From contig CAZDTP010000009.1 in NCBI GenBank assembly GCA_964508365.1, positions 865 to 64,864 on the forward strand: DNA of 64,000 nucleotides, given 5' to 3'. Below the pieces are notes generated by a model that worked only from the letters and a program-made list of their open reading frames with translations, did no database searches and was not told the DNA's origin. Made by a program: the position numbers and the translations under genes. Position 1 is the first letter of the stretch, and each line of letters starts with the position of its first letter. The stretch comes from an uncultured archaeon (GTDB taxonomy: Archaea; Asgardarchaeota; Lokiarchaeia; Sigyniarchaeales; SOKP01). Shown here piece after piece: positions 25,296 through 35,172 of this stretch.

Positions 25296-26819
25296 TTAGG
25301 TAGCAGCAATTCTTCTTGGAAATTTCGTTTGAGCTCTTAAATTTTCTTGTAAAAGTTTATTTACAAGTTTGAACCTATGATCTCGAAAGTTTTCGTTATT
25401 CCATAGGTTATTTAATTCGTAAGGATCGTTTTTTCGATCGTATATATCACCAAAGTTGTCTAATCCTTCGTAAATTGTTAATTTATAATCCTCAGTAATT
25501 AGATGCCTTAATCGGGCTTCCAAGGGACCTATTTCTTCATCGTTCTCGATTAAAACACTATCTCTGATCTTTCTACTAGGATCTTCTAAAATTTGCGAGA
25601 TATCAAAACCTTGCATATCTGGTGGGTGATGGTGTTCTTTTATACATAACAAATTAAGCATTGTCTTAGGAAGATCGATGGTACTAATTAAAGCATTTGA
25701 TACACTGGGCTTAGTTAATCCTGGAACTTTCCATATTAGAGGTATGTTTAATACGCCATTAAAAGGACATGGACCTTTAAAAAGAAGTCCATGGTCGCCC
25801 ATTAAGTCTCCATGATCGCTGGTGAAAATAACCATTGTGTTTTCTGAATATCCTAGTTTTTCTAAATATGCTAATATTTCACCAATACAATAATCAACAT
25901 AGCTTATCGCAGCGTACGTTAGAGCAGTGAGCTTTTGAACTTCTTCTTCTGTTGACTCTCTTAAAAAGGCTTTTTTAAATGGAGGTTTTTTTAAGTGATT
26001 CCCTAAATATGTGTGGTTGTATAAATTTTTTATGTCTTGAAAACTTGGAGGGAGATCTATATCTTCTGGTTTATACATTTCTTGAAATCTCTTTGGTGGA
26101 AAAAGAGGATAATGTGGATCTGGAAAAGAACAATGCAAATAAAAAGGTTTTTCTCCATAGTTTCCTTTAGCATATCTCTCAAGGAATGAAATCGTTCGTT
26201 CCTTTACATAGGTAGTATTATACAAGTCGCCGGGAATTTCGTCACAAAATAAACTAAAAAGGTTATCGTAGTTCTGAACTCTTTTTTTCATTTCATTAGC
26301 GATGTTAGGTGCTTTTTCTTCCAACCAATCTGTATAATGACCAGCGCACACAGTACCATTTCCAGAAATTAATTCTACTTCATCGTAGCCATAGTAAGGG
26401 AGTGGGAAATTTTTTCCTACAGGATCGTTTTTACCTTTATCAACAGCCCAACTAATCAAACTTTCAGCGGATTTTGTTCTGTGTTTAAAAGGTCCTAACC
26501 AAAACTGATGGTGTACTTTTCCAATAGCCGCGGTATGCCAACCTCTTTTATGCAACACTTTCGTAATTGTAGAGAGGTTTTCATTTAAATTTATACCATT
26601 ACTTCTTACACCATGTACGTTTGGATACAAACCCGTAAGTAAAGTTGCTCTATTCGGCATACAAATTGGATTAGTGCAATAATAATTGGAAAAACGTACA
26701 CTCTCTCTTGCTAGATTATCAATGTTAGGAGTTTTTACATTAGGATTTCCTGCACAGCCTAAATGATCGGCCCGTTGAGCGTCAGTAATGATAAATATTA
26801 CATTCATTTTTTCTTTCAT
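25296..26819 (-). CDS. Cys-type (formylglycine-dependent) sulfatase
   Basis: N-terminal IFIITDAQRADHLG, then the sulfatase signature CMPNRATLLTG (C-x-P-x-R-x4-TG). FTSDHGD is the conserved downstream metal/active-site block. Confidence 0.85.
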   Translation of the reverse strand: MKEKMNVIFIITDAQRADHLGCAGNPNVKTPNIDNLARESVRFSNYYCTNPICMPNRATLLTGLYPNVHGVRSNGINLNENLSTITKVLHKRGWHTAAIGKVHHQFWLGPFKHRTKSAESLISWAVDKGKNDPVGKNFPLPYYGYDEVELISGNGTVCAGHYTDWLEEKAPNIANEMKKRVQNYDNLFSLFCDEIPGDLYNTTYVKERTISFLERYAKGNYGEKPFYLHCSFPDPHYPLFPPKRFQEMYKPEDIDLPPSFQDIKNLYNHTYLGNHLKKPPFKKAFLRESTEEEVQKLTALTYAAISYVDYCIGEILAYLEKLGYSENTMVIFTSDHGDLMGDHGLLFKGPCPFNGVLNIPLIWKVPGLTKPSVSNALISTIDLPKTMLNLLCIKEHHHPPDMQGFDISQILEDPSRKIRDSVLIENDEEIGPLEARLRHLITEDYKLTIYEGLDNFGDIYDRKNDPYELNNLWNNENFRDHRFKLVNKLLQENLRAQTKFPRRIAAT

Positions 26820-27025
26820 AATTACTAAAAACTAAAAAAATCTATTATTGCTTGCCGGTTAATATTCTAGTCTTTGATATGATATAATTTTTGATGTTAA
26901 GAAATATAAAGTTATATGTAGATATTAATACTCACACCTTTTACTTTTGGAAAGCTTAAAATAGATATTCTTTTAACACGACGAGTATTATTTTTTCAAT
27001 AGGAGAACTGATAATTGTAAGTAAA

Positions 27026-28276
27026 ATGCCAAAACATTCATTAAAAAAACCGGAACTACTTGCTCCAGCACAGAATTGGACTTCTTTAAGAAAATTAGGT
27101 GGTTTAACTGATGCAATTTACTTTGGTGTCAAAGCGTATAATATGAGAGGAAATGCTAAAAATTTCGAAAGAGAGGATCTTAAAGACATTGTAGATTTTT
27201 GTCATCATCAAAAACCACCAATTAAAGCATATTTAACAACTAATATCTTAATCTACGATTCTGAGCTTCAAGATTTAGAAGAATTTATATCAAAAGCTAA
27301 AAAAGCAGGTATCGACGCTTTAATTGCCCATGATGTAGCAGTAATCAAATTCGCTAATCGTGAGAAATTACGTTTTCATATCTCAACTCAGGCAAATGTA
27401 TCTAATGTAGAATCTGCAAAATTCTATGAATCATTAGGAGCAGAAAGGATTATTTTAGCGAGAGAACTATCACTCAATCAAATAAAACTTATTAAACACC
27501 ACCTAAATAACGCACAAATTGAATGTTTTGTTCATGGTTCTATGTGTGCCTCAATTTCTGGTCGATGTTATTTATCTGCGATAATTTGTGATTCTGAAGA
27601 ATTCTCAGCAAATCGAGGTAAATGTGTCCAACCATGTAGGAGAGAATGGAGGGTTATTGATGATGAAAGTAATGAATTTATATACGATGGACAAATGTTC
27701 TTGAACACAAAAGACCTATGTATGATAGAACACACACCAGAATTAATAGATGCAAATATAGACGCTTTTAAAATTGAAGGTAGAATGAAGGATCCGCTTT
27801 ATATTGAAACGGTCACCACTTGTTATCGAGAAGCAATTGATAGTTATCTTAGCGGTACTTTCACAAACGAGAAGGTTCGAGATTGGTTAGAAAGATTAAG
27901 TAAGATCTATAATCGCGGATTTCACACAGGATTTTATTATCATCGTCCAACTATTGAAGACGTTGAATTAGAAAGGAGAGGAAATGTCTCTTCATACAAA
28001 AAAAATTATCTTGGGAAAGTTTTATCTTTTAATACAAACAGTATGACAGCAAATATATTGATTGAAATCAAAGAATTTAACTTAAAAATTGGAGATGAGA
28101 TAATAGTAATAGGGGATGAGACATATCATCATCAAAAAATTAAGCATATGGTCTTTAAAGGGGAAAAAATTCAAAATATATATAAAAAACGATTCGATAA
28201 TCCTTTTAAAGTGAATCTGCGTTTAAGTAATGAGGTTCAGAGAGATGATAAAATTTATATCATATATCAAACATAA
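27026..28276 (+). CDS. peptidase U32 family protein
   Basis: ELLAPAQNWTSLR opening, TIM-barrel-like alternation, the Cys cluster CASISGRC...CVQPCR and FKIEGRMK are characteristic of U32 proteins. Confidence 0.75.
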   Translation: MPKHSLKKPELLAPAQNWTSLRKLGGLTDAIYFGVKAYNMRGNAKNFEREDLKDIVDFCHHQKPPIKAYLTTNILIYDSELQDLEEFISKAKKAGIDALIAHDVAVIKFANREKLRFHISTQANVSNVESAKFYESLGAERIILARELSLNQIKLIKHHLNNAQIECFVHGSMCASISGRCYLSAIICDSEEFSANRGKCVQPCRREWRVIDDESNEFIYDGQMFLNTKDLCMIEHTPELIDANIDAFKIEGRMKDPLYIETVTTCYREAIDSYLSGTFTNEKVRDWLERLSKIYNRGFHTGFYYHRPTIEDVELERRGNVSSYKKNYLGKVLSFNTNSMTANILIEIKEFNLKIGDEIIVIGDETYHHQKIKHMVFKGEKIQNIYKKRFDNPFKVNLRLSNEVQRDDKIYIIYQT

Positions 28277-28334
28277 ATCAAATGGTTTAAATGAAGAATC
28301 GTTTATATTTAGCGCGTGTAGGTTGAAATAATAG

Positions 28335-29009
28335 ATGGATTATGAAGATAAGAGGATTGAATTAGTAGATCGTCTTAAAAAGAGAAACATTTTAACTAAG
28401 CCTAGTGTAATAAAGGCTATGTTAAAAGTTCCAAGGCATAAATTTTTACCAAAAGGCGCTATAGAATCTGCATACATAGATTCTCCACTTTCAATAGGAA
28501 TGGGGCAAACAATTAGTGCCCCACACATGAACGCAATGATGTGTGAACTTTTAGAATTTAGGGAGGGAGAAAAAGTCCTTGAAATTGGTACCGGTTCGGG
28601 TTATCACGCTGCCTTATGTGCTGAGCTTGTAGCACCAAAACATTCTAAAAATCCGGGACATGTGTATACAATAGAAAGGCACCAAGAGTTAGCAAATAAA
28701 GCTGAAGAAAGTTTAATTAATACAGGCTACGGAGAGGTAGTTACGGTTATTCATGGGGACGGTACGTTAGGGTATCCACAAAAAGCTCCTTACGACAAAA
28801 TTTTAGTTACCGCATCCTCACCAAAGAAAGTTCCTCCCCCCCTAAAGCAGCAGTTAAAGGACCGAGGAATTCTTTGTATCCCTGCGGGTTCAAAAGAATT
28901 TGGTCAAGATCTATATATTATATCTAAAATTGGGGAAAGATTCGAACTTAAGAAAATAACGGGAGTTAGATTCGTGCCATTAATAGGAGAATGGGGATTT
29001 CCTGAGTAA
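28335..29009 (+). CDS. pcm: protein-L-isoaspartate O-methyltransferase
   Basis: QTISAPHMNAMMCELL and the SAM motif VLEIGTGSGYHAA. The length (224 aa) and C-terminal VRFVPL are typical of Pcm. Confidence 0.9.
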   Translation: MDYEDKRIELVDRLKKRNILTKPSVIKAMLKVPRHKFLPKGAIESAYIDSPLSIGMGQTISAPHMNAMMCELLEFREGEKVLEIGTGSGYHAALCAELVAPKHSKNPGHVYTIERHQELANKAEESLINTGYGEVVTVIHGDGTLGYPQKAPYDKILVTASSPKKVPPPLKQQLKDRGILCIPAGSKEFGQDLYIISKIGERFELKKITGVRFVPLIGEWGFPE

Positions 29010-29019
29010 AAAGTATAAC

Positions 29020-29163
29020 TTATTTAGAAAAAGTCTTCTTAATGCGTTCTTCTAACAATTTTTTTCGAATTTCTTTAATGAATTCATTATTTTCAATATG
29101 TTGCTTTACAGATTTGGATGTAAATGCGTAGCCATTCTGTCTTTCTTTACTATAATCTTTCAT
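29020..29163 (-). CDS. possible small basic protein (47 aa)
   Basis: ATG at 29163 to TAA at 29020-29022. The translation is MKDYSKERQNGYAFTSKSVKQHIENNEFIKEIRKKLLEERIKKTFSK. It falls below the ORF-track cutoff and has no supporting motif. Confidence 0.2.
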   Translation of the reverse strand: MKDYSKERQNGYAFTSKSVKQHIENNEFIKEIRKKLLEERIKKTFSK

Positions 29164-29291
29164 TATCAGAACGTATTAAAATTTTTTTGATGTTATATAT
29201 TCATATACTCCCTTTTTATATATAAAACTATTTAAAAACCGACGAATTCAGCGGTAGATTATACATATTTGTAATTTATTAGTCTAATAAA

Positions 29292-31478
29292 CTAATATAT
29301 CTTAATTTCTATTACGATCTCCATTTCTTTTCTAAGTTTAAATTGAGATATAACATTAATACCTTGGTAAATAGTTTTATAACCTTCATCAGTGAATGCG
29401 TATGCGACAATTGGAAATTTAAGTATTTCTATTAATTCAGTATCTGCCTTTGTTTCTCTTTGTAGTGAATATTCTAGGTTTAAATTATAAGATAAATCTT
29501 GGGCTTTAAATTGGTTCCCTGTGTATTGAAAAGGTTTAATTAGGTCATTTTTTGACTTATTTAAAAAAAGCAATTGGTTGCTTTCCCATTGAAATTTATC
29601 AGGATCACCATTAAAAAAGAAAGGAAGATCAATTCCTAAGAACAAATTATTGATGATTTTTTGGAGTAAATCTTCTTTTTCAGGTATTTTCTCGAACTTA
29701 CTTTTTAGAATTATTTTAATTTGATTTTCCTCAACATTTATTTTCTTAACGATAGAACAAGGATAAGAGTCATTAGAACTTGGGACGATTACATTACCTT
29801 TTTGTTCTAATTCTACAACGGCGGATTTTCCATTTTTTTCATTTTTAGTAACAATAAATTCACCGTCAACAAACGATCCGTATTCTCTATATCGATCTGC
29901 TTCGATAGCTTTGAATTTATCGTTGATGTGATAAAATCTTACCCTTAACATAGATTTCTTAAACCTATCAATCATTACTTTTTCTTTATCGATATCCTCG
30001 TCATCGTGATACGCTTCAGGCCACCGGGTTAAGGTATTTAAAAGATTATAGCATTTTGGTTTATAGTCTATCTCAAAAATGGTACCCCCATCCGATGGAT
30101 TAATATAAATATTTAAAAGATCAGATTCAATTATGATATCCATTCTACTATCTTTGTTGAAATCTAAAGGCGTAACTGAGATATATTTATTTTCTAAGGA
30201 AAGGAACTTTGTATTCAAATTGTCAATCATGATTTCAGAGTTGATGAGGTGAGTATAAACGGAAAACCGTAAAAATTGTAAATAAACACCACCAAATAAG
30301 CCATGCCAATAGCAATCGTTGCATTGTGATTTATAAATTTCTGTCCAAGCTTTTTTTATTAATTTGTTGGCTTCATTTCTACTTTTTTGCCACTCCAACT
30401 TATCTAAATTGTTTTCAACATGAATGAGTTTATCTCTCACATGGAGCATTTTCTTATGCATATTATTTGATTCTGGATATTTCACTAAGTAATATCTCCA
30501 GAAGCCTCCTTTTAAGAATAGATATTCGTCAAGTTTTTTAGGATTATCTTTTAACTTTTCTCTAATTTTTTTAAAAACTTTCCTTTCCTTCGTTGGTAAA
30601 ACCCATTCTTCCATTTTATCGTAACTTGCGGTTGGTAGGTATATTAAACTTTTCGCAGGATATTTTTCCATATATTCCGAAAGTGTAATAGACTTTATCC
30701 AGTTATTTTTGATTATCTGATCGAATAAAGCGGGAATAAATGGTTTCCCATTATCTCCATCTTTATGCCCCTCACCTTCAATATAACAAAATTGATGTGT
30801 TGTAGCCCATGCTCCCATTTTTTCTGCATCTGAGATTAATAAAGCTATCCTATCACCTTTTTCATCAGCAACGCTTTCCAAATATTCAATTGACATATAA
30901 GTAGGTTTCCATGGAGTTAAATATCTTAATTCTTCATTGATAGGAAATATTCTTAGAGATTTTCCTTCATCTTCAGTTATGTAAGAATATAGAGTATCCT
31001 CCTCTGTGATACCTGTCGAGCGAAAATGATTATCATCGACTATAACATATTTTAAGCCAGCATCATTTAGGAAAGAAGGGTAATTCGGCTCCCACACTCT
31101 CTCAGATAACCATGCACCTCTTACATCTAATCCGAATTCTTTTTTAATTAAATCAGATAGCTTTTTCATTTGAGCGATTTTATCGCGATAAGGGATAATT
31201 GCGAAAATAGGTTCATAATAACCCCCCCCAATTATCTCGATTTGTCCTCTTTTTGCCATAACTTTTATTTTGTCAATAAAATCTGGTTTGTTCTCAAGAA
31301 ACCATTCTAATAAATTTCCAGAAAAATGTAGCGTGAATTTAATCTCCTCATATTGGAATATATTGTCGATAAGGGGCATATATGATTTTTGATAAACATC
31401 TTCATAAACCTGAAGGTAGTTTCCTTCAGGTTGGTGAAAGTGAAATACAATGGGAAGGTGAATTTGTTTTTCGGTCAT
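29292..31478 (-). CDS. glycoside hydrolase family 57 enzyme (alpha-amylase / 4-alpha-glucanotransferase type)
   Basis: The N-terminal HLPIVFHFHQPEGN is the GH57 signature. Also present are GQIEIIGGGYYEPI and WLSERVWEP. 728 aa. Confidence 0.8.
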   Translation of the reverse strand: MTEKQIHLPIVFHFHQPEGNYLQVYEDVYQKSYMPLIDNIFQYEEIKFTLHFSGNLLEWFLENKPDFIDKIKVMAKRGQIEIIGGGYYEPIFAIIPYRDKIAQMKKLSDLIKKEFGLDVRGAWLSERVWEPNYPSFLNDAGLKYVIVDDNHFRSTGITEEDTLYSYITEDEGKSLRIFPINEELRYLTPWKPTYMSIEYLESVADEKGDRIALLISDAEKMGAWATTHQFCYIEGEGHKDGDNGKPFIPALFDQIIKNNWIKSITLSEYMEKYPAKSLIYLPTASYDKMEEWVLPTKERKVFKKIREKLKDNPKKLDEYLFLKGGFWRYYLVKYPESNNMHKKMLHVRDKLIHVENNLDKLEWQKSRNEANKLIKKAWTEIYKSQCNDCYWHGLFGGVYLQFLRFSVYTHLINSEIMIDNLNTKFLSLENKYISVTPLDFNKDSRMDIIIESDLLNIYINPSDGGTIFEIDYKPKCYNLLNTLTRWPEAYHDDEDIDKEKVMIDRFKKSMLRVRFYHINDKFKAIEADRYREYGSFVDGEFIVTKNEKNGKSAVVELEQKGNVIVPSSNDSYPCSIVKKINVEENQIKIILKSKFEKIPEKEDLLQKIINNLFLGIDLPFFFNGDPDKFQWESNQLLFLNKSKNDLIKPFQYTGNQFKAQDLSYNLNLEYSLQRETKADTELIEILKFPIVAYAFTDEGYKTIYQGINVISQFKLRKEMEIVIEIKIY

Positions 31479-31740
31479 AATGTCGATGTTATAATTTTAT
31501 AATATAACAAAATTAAGAAAGAATTACTTTAAATCTATTTGGATTCATTAATTTAATTCAGAAGAAATCCTTTGAAATGTAGTTTTAATTCCCTAGTTAT
31601 AATCCAATCATACTTCACATGTGTATTAAAATAGAAAAACATTTTAAAACTCTAAAAATATTAAACACTTTAAGGATAAACATATTATATAAAAAATATC
31701 CATGAAAACTTTAGAGAAATGTATCTTTAATTAAAACTAA

Positions 31741-33492
31741 GTGTTATTTATAATTATGAGAGATTTTTTTGATAAAAATTTATTCCAAGAAGTATTTAAT
31801 TCTAATGAATTTAAAGGATGGCTTCTTTCGAGAAGATGGTTTGGTGATAAATCGTTATTATCTAATTTACTATTTAAGATAACACTTTACTACTTTAATA
31901 TCATCTCGGAAAATATTTTTTTAACGATAATTGAGGTTAGCTACGATGAATATTCTAAAAAATACTTCCTACCTATCATAATCTACGAAAAAATTCAAGA
32001 TATACTTGAACCTAACGAAACTACAGGAGAAAATGTTGTTAAACTAACTGTAAACACATTCAGCAAAATACTAGCACTTAGTGTGCATGATAATCAAAAA
32101 GAAAAGATAATTTATCTGAATCTTGTTGAAGCAGAGTATTGCGTTTTATTCTGGAAGAAAATGTTATTTGATAAGACAATTTCTGAAACATTCCCTAACA
32201 TGTCTTTAGAACTTACGCTATATTCTGAACAGTTTGAAGACGATTTTAATATGCTGAAGGTACGCAATTTAATTGAAGCTAGTTTATATCCTGAACGGTA
32301 TGAATATGGCTTACATCAGTTAGGTGGGGGGAATACAACAAATTCTCTATTTTTATTAGAAGTATCAAATAAGAAAAACTCTCATGAAAAACCTATTTCA
32401 TATGTTTTAAAATCGTATAAAGACTATTCAGGAAGTTTAGAACCAAGGAAATTGTTTGTTTTAGTGAAAAACAATTTTCCCAATGCTCCAAAAATATATG
32501 GTATGATAAAAATTCAAGGTAGAGAAACAATTGGGATACTTGAAGATGTCCCAAACAGTGGAAATTTGGGAGATATCTATTGGAATGAGCTTAATAGCAT
32601 GGTGAATTCGATTTTTGAAGTTGTTGATGACGATGATCCCTCCCTAAAAGATAAAGAGAAAATATCTGGATTTATAAAAAACTACTGTGTTAATTCATTA
32701 CAAGTGTCTGAAAAAATAGGACTCCAGATCAAAAAGTTACACGAAGCCTTAATTCTACAGAGTGATCCATTATATTCAAAAGAAACCGTCTCAAGCGTGG
32801 ACTATTTAAAAAATTACACAGAAAATTTACTTGAGATGGTAGAAAGAATGCAAGAAACCATGAGTAGAAGTTCTGAAGGGGCATTTTATTCCTCCCCTAA
32901 GATATTATCCATTTTAATTGACATCAAGGATATTATTGAGAAATTCCGTTCTGAATTTAACGCTGATACAATTAATATCCAACCAGTTCATCAAGATCTC
33001 CACTTCCAACAAATTCTTGTTAACAAATCAAACGGCGATTATATGTTCTATTTTATTGATTTTGAGGGAGATCCGCAGCTCGATTTTAAGGAAAAAGAAA
33101 AAAAGTTCCCAATAGAAAAAGATTTGGCAAGTTTTTTAAGATCACTTAGCTATATTAAATTTAATACTCTGCTGAAATTTATTGAGGATAAAATAATAGA
33201 CCAAGATAAGATTGAAGTTCCAGCGGAATTTCTTTTTAATCTCTACTTCAGAAAATCTTCAAAAATCACGAAAAAGCAAAAAATATTGAAAATTGCCTTA
33301 AAAATCCTAAATGTGTGGGAAAATAAATTAATGGGTAAAATTTTTGAGCAAAGTCCAGAACTTCAAATTACTTTACTTAATTATTTTACGATTGAAAGAG
33401 TATTACACGAATTAGATTACGAACTGCTGTTTAGACCTGATAAAATTCTTATTCCAATTCTTGGTTTAAAGGAAATTATAGATAAATATTAA
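31741..33492 (+). CDS. maltokinase (Mak/Pep2)-like kinase
   Basis: VHQDLHFQQILV, FIDFEGDP and KDLASFLRSLSYI parallel the Mak catalytic-loop, metal-binding and C-terminal blocks (HGDLHLGQVL, IDFEGEP, RDVAGMLRSFxYA). The start is GTG 31741 or ATG 31756. Confidence 0.55.
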   Translation: MLFIIMRDFFDKNLFQEVFNSNEFKGWLLSRRWFGDKSLLSNLLFKITLYYFNIISENIFLTIIEVSYDEYSKKYFLPIIIYEKIQDILEPNETTGENVVKLTVNTFSKILALSVHDNQKEKIIYLNLVEAEYCVLFWKKMLFDKTISETFPNMSLELTLYSEQFEDDFNMLKVRNLIEASLYPERYEYGLHQLGGGNTTNSLFLLEVSNKKNSHEKPISYVLKSYKDYSGSLEPRKLFVLVKNNFPNAPKIYGMIKIQGRETIGILEDVPNSGNLGDIYWNELNSMVNSIFEVVDDDDPSLKDKEKISGFIKNYCVNSLQVSEKIGLQIKKLHEALILQSDPLYSKETVSSVDYLKNYTENLLEMVERMQETMSRSSEGAFYSSPKILSILIDIKDIIEKFRSEFNADTINIQPVHQDLHFQQILVNKSNGDYMFYFIDFEGDPQLDFKEKEKKFPIEKDLASFLRSLSYIKFNTLLKFIEDKIIDQDKIEVPAEFLFNLYFRKSSKITKKQKILKIALKILNVWENKLMGKIFEQSPELQITLLNYFTIERVLHELDYELLFRPDKILIPILGLKEIIDKY

Positions 33493-33508
33493 TTTATTCC
33501 TTTAGTAG

Positions 33509-34117
33509 TTAGCTTTCTTTATCTATTCTCGCGAACTCATAAGAATAATGAGAGGAAGAAATATCTAATTGTTTCATCTGATTTTTATATTTTTGACGTA
33601 AACTTTTATTCCCTTTCATTTCTTCTTCGACGTAACTAGGATTCAATTCTTTTTGTTCAAATAATCGCCATAAAAAAGCTTCTGCAAATTTAGTAGGTCC
33701 AAATTTCTTTTCTACCAGCACAAAGTTGCTCTCATCCAATAAATTATTAAAAAATCCTAGATTATCGCAAAAATCAATCTTGAATGGTAGATCCTCTTGT
33801 TTTCCATAGATTCTAGCAATATCATTTATGAATATTCCTAGTTTATCTCCAAATTTTGTCTGTTCCGTTTCATCCAACTTTTCAATAAGATTTCGAAAAA
33901 AACTCCTTTTAATAATAATTAAATCACGATCGTTTAATGATTGAATTGTTGATTTGCGTTTTAAGAAGTATTTACTAAGCTCTAAATAATTTTTTATTAG
34001 ACTATTTTTCGTGATACCCATTCTATCTTTCATTCTATCCAAATTCTCATTCAATTCTTGATCTATCCTTATTGTAATAACTTTGGTGAACTTTTTTGGT
34101 TCAGAATCTTTACTCAA
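33509..34117 (-). CDS. ribbon-helix-helix (CopG-like) domain protein with uncharacterised C-terminal domain
   Basis: The N-terminal KVITIRIDQELNENLDRMKDRMGITKNSLIKNYL shows the beta-strand/helix/helix RHH pattern. TTG start. Confidence 0.5.
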   Translation of the reverse strand: MSKDSEPKKFTKVITIRIDQELNENLDRMKDRMGITKNSLIKNYLELSKYFLKRKSTIQSLNDRDLIIIKRSFFRNLIEKLDETEQTKFGDKLGIFINDIARIYGKQEDLPFKIDFCDNLGFFNNLLDESNFVLVEKKFGPTKFAEAFLWRLFEQKELNPSYVEEEMKGNKSLRQKYKNQMKQLDISSSHYSYEFARIDKES

Positions 34118-34180
34118 CGGTCATCATCTCAAATTAAATTAGGAGTAATATTTGTATGCATTTATAATCATATGCAACAA

Positions 34181-34196
34181 TTGTAAGTATTGTAAC
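34181..34196 (+). promoter_or_regulatory. TTGTAA-N3-TTGTAA-C site 1 (candidate operator)
   Basis: ttgtaagtattgtaac lies 64 bp upstream of the divergent RHH gene start. The same architecture recurs at 34605-34620. Confidence 0.25.
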
Positions 34197-34604
34197 CTAA
34201 CTAATATAATTTTGTGATTTATTAGTGGGATATTTATATAAATTTATCATCTTTAAATTCTCTTACTGAGAATGGTTATAATTATAGTTAAAGACATTTA
34301 CCACTATTAATTAGCTTGTACAGATAAGTAATCCTAGATTACATAGCCATGTTGCCCAATTATTTTTGTATTAATAATAGTATAAAAAAATATGCAATTC
34401 GTTTTAAGGTATATAACTATATTCTATATCAAATAAACAACCTTTTGAATAAAATGAGCGATTAAACATCGAGCGTTCATGAATAAGAAAGGCTATTACT
34501 AGATAAATCAATCAATTTAAGAATCTCTTTGATCAAATTGAGTAAGGTCTTAATGATACCACAATTTTGACAATTTTCAATTTACACTATTTCTTACGCA
34601 TCGA

Positions 34605-34620
34605 TTGTAATTTTTGTAAC
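34605..34620 (+). promoter_or_regulatory. TTGTAA-N3-TTGTAA-C site 2 (candidate operator)
   Basis: ttgtaatttttgtaac lies 124 bp upstream of the ArsR-type gene ATG (34744). Confidence 0.25.
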
Positions 34621-34743
34621 TATTATAGTAAAATGTTATCAAGTGAATATTGAATTAGACTTATAAGGATATACTAACTTTCTAAATATGTATCCTAAGA
34701 TTAGGGTTCGTCTAAAATTTTAGTTAAGGGTTGAAAAATATCT

Positions 34744-35130
34744 ATGGAGTTAAGTGAACCTAACCTATCGAGTAGTGAAATAACAGAATCAGATATAAAT
34801 GAAGTAGAAAACGTAAATATATTAGAATTAGATTTATATACTGATAGTAATAATTCATTGACTAATGAATCGAACTTTAGTATTGAAAAGGTAGTAAAAG
34901 CACTTTCTTCAGCAACAAGACGCTATATTTTACACCAGATTCAGAACTCGAATGATGGGATGGATGTTTCCAATATTGCTTCGTCATTAGGTATGACCGA
35001 AGCTAACATTTCTGCTCAAATTAAAAAACTTCAAGACGCAGGTCTGATCTTTTGTAAATATTGTTCGGGTAATCATGGAGTGCGTAAAATTAGTAAAGTA
35101 AAATTTAATCAAATAATAATCAATTTTTAA
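34744..35130 (+). CDS. ArsR/SmtB-type winged-helix transcription regulator with acidic N-terminal tail
   Basis: LSSATRRYILHQIQNSNDGMDVSNIASSLGMTEANISAQIKKLQDAGLI is a typical ArsR-family HTH. Confidence 0.65.
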   Translation: MELSEPNLSSSEITESDINEVENVNILELDLYTDSNNSLTNESNFSIEKVVKALSSATRRYILHQIQNSNDGMDVSNIASSLGMTEANISAQIKKLQDAGLIFCKYCSGNHGVRKISKVKFNQIIINF

Positions 35131-35172
35131 CTACACATATATTCCTTATCGATAAATAATTTAGGGATAAAG

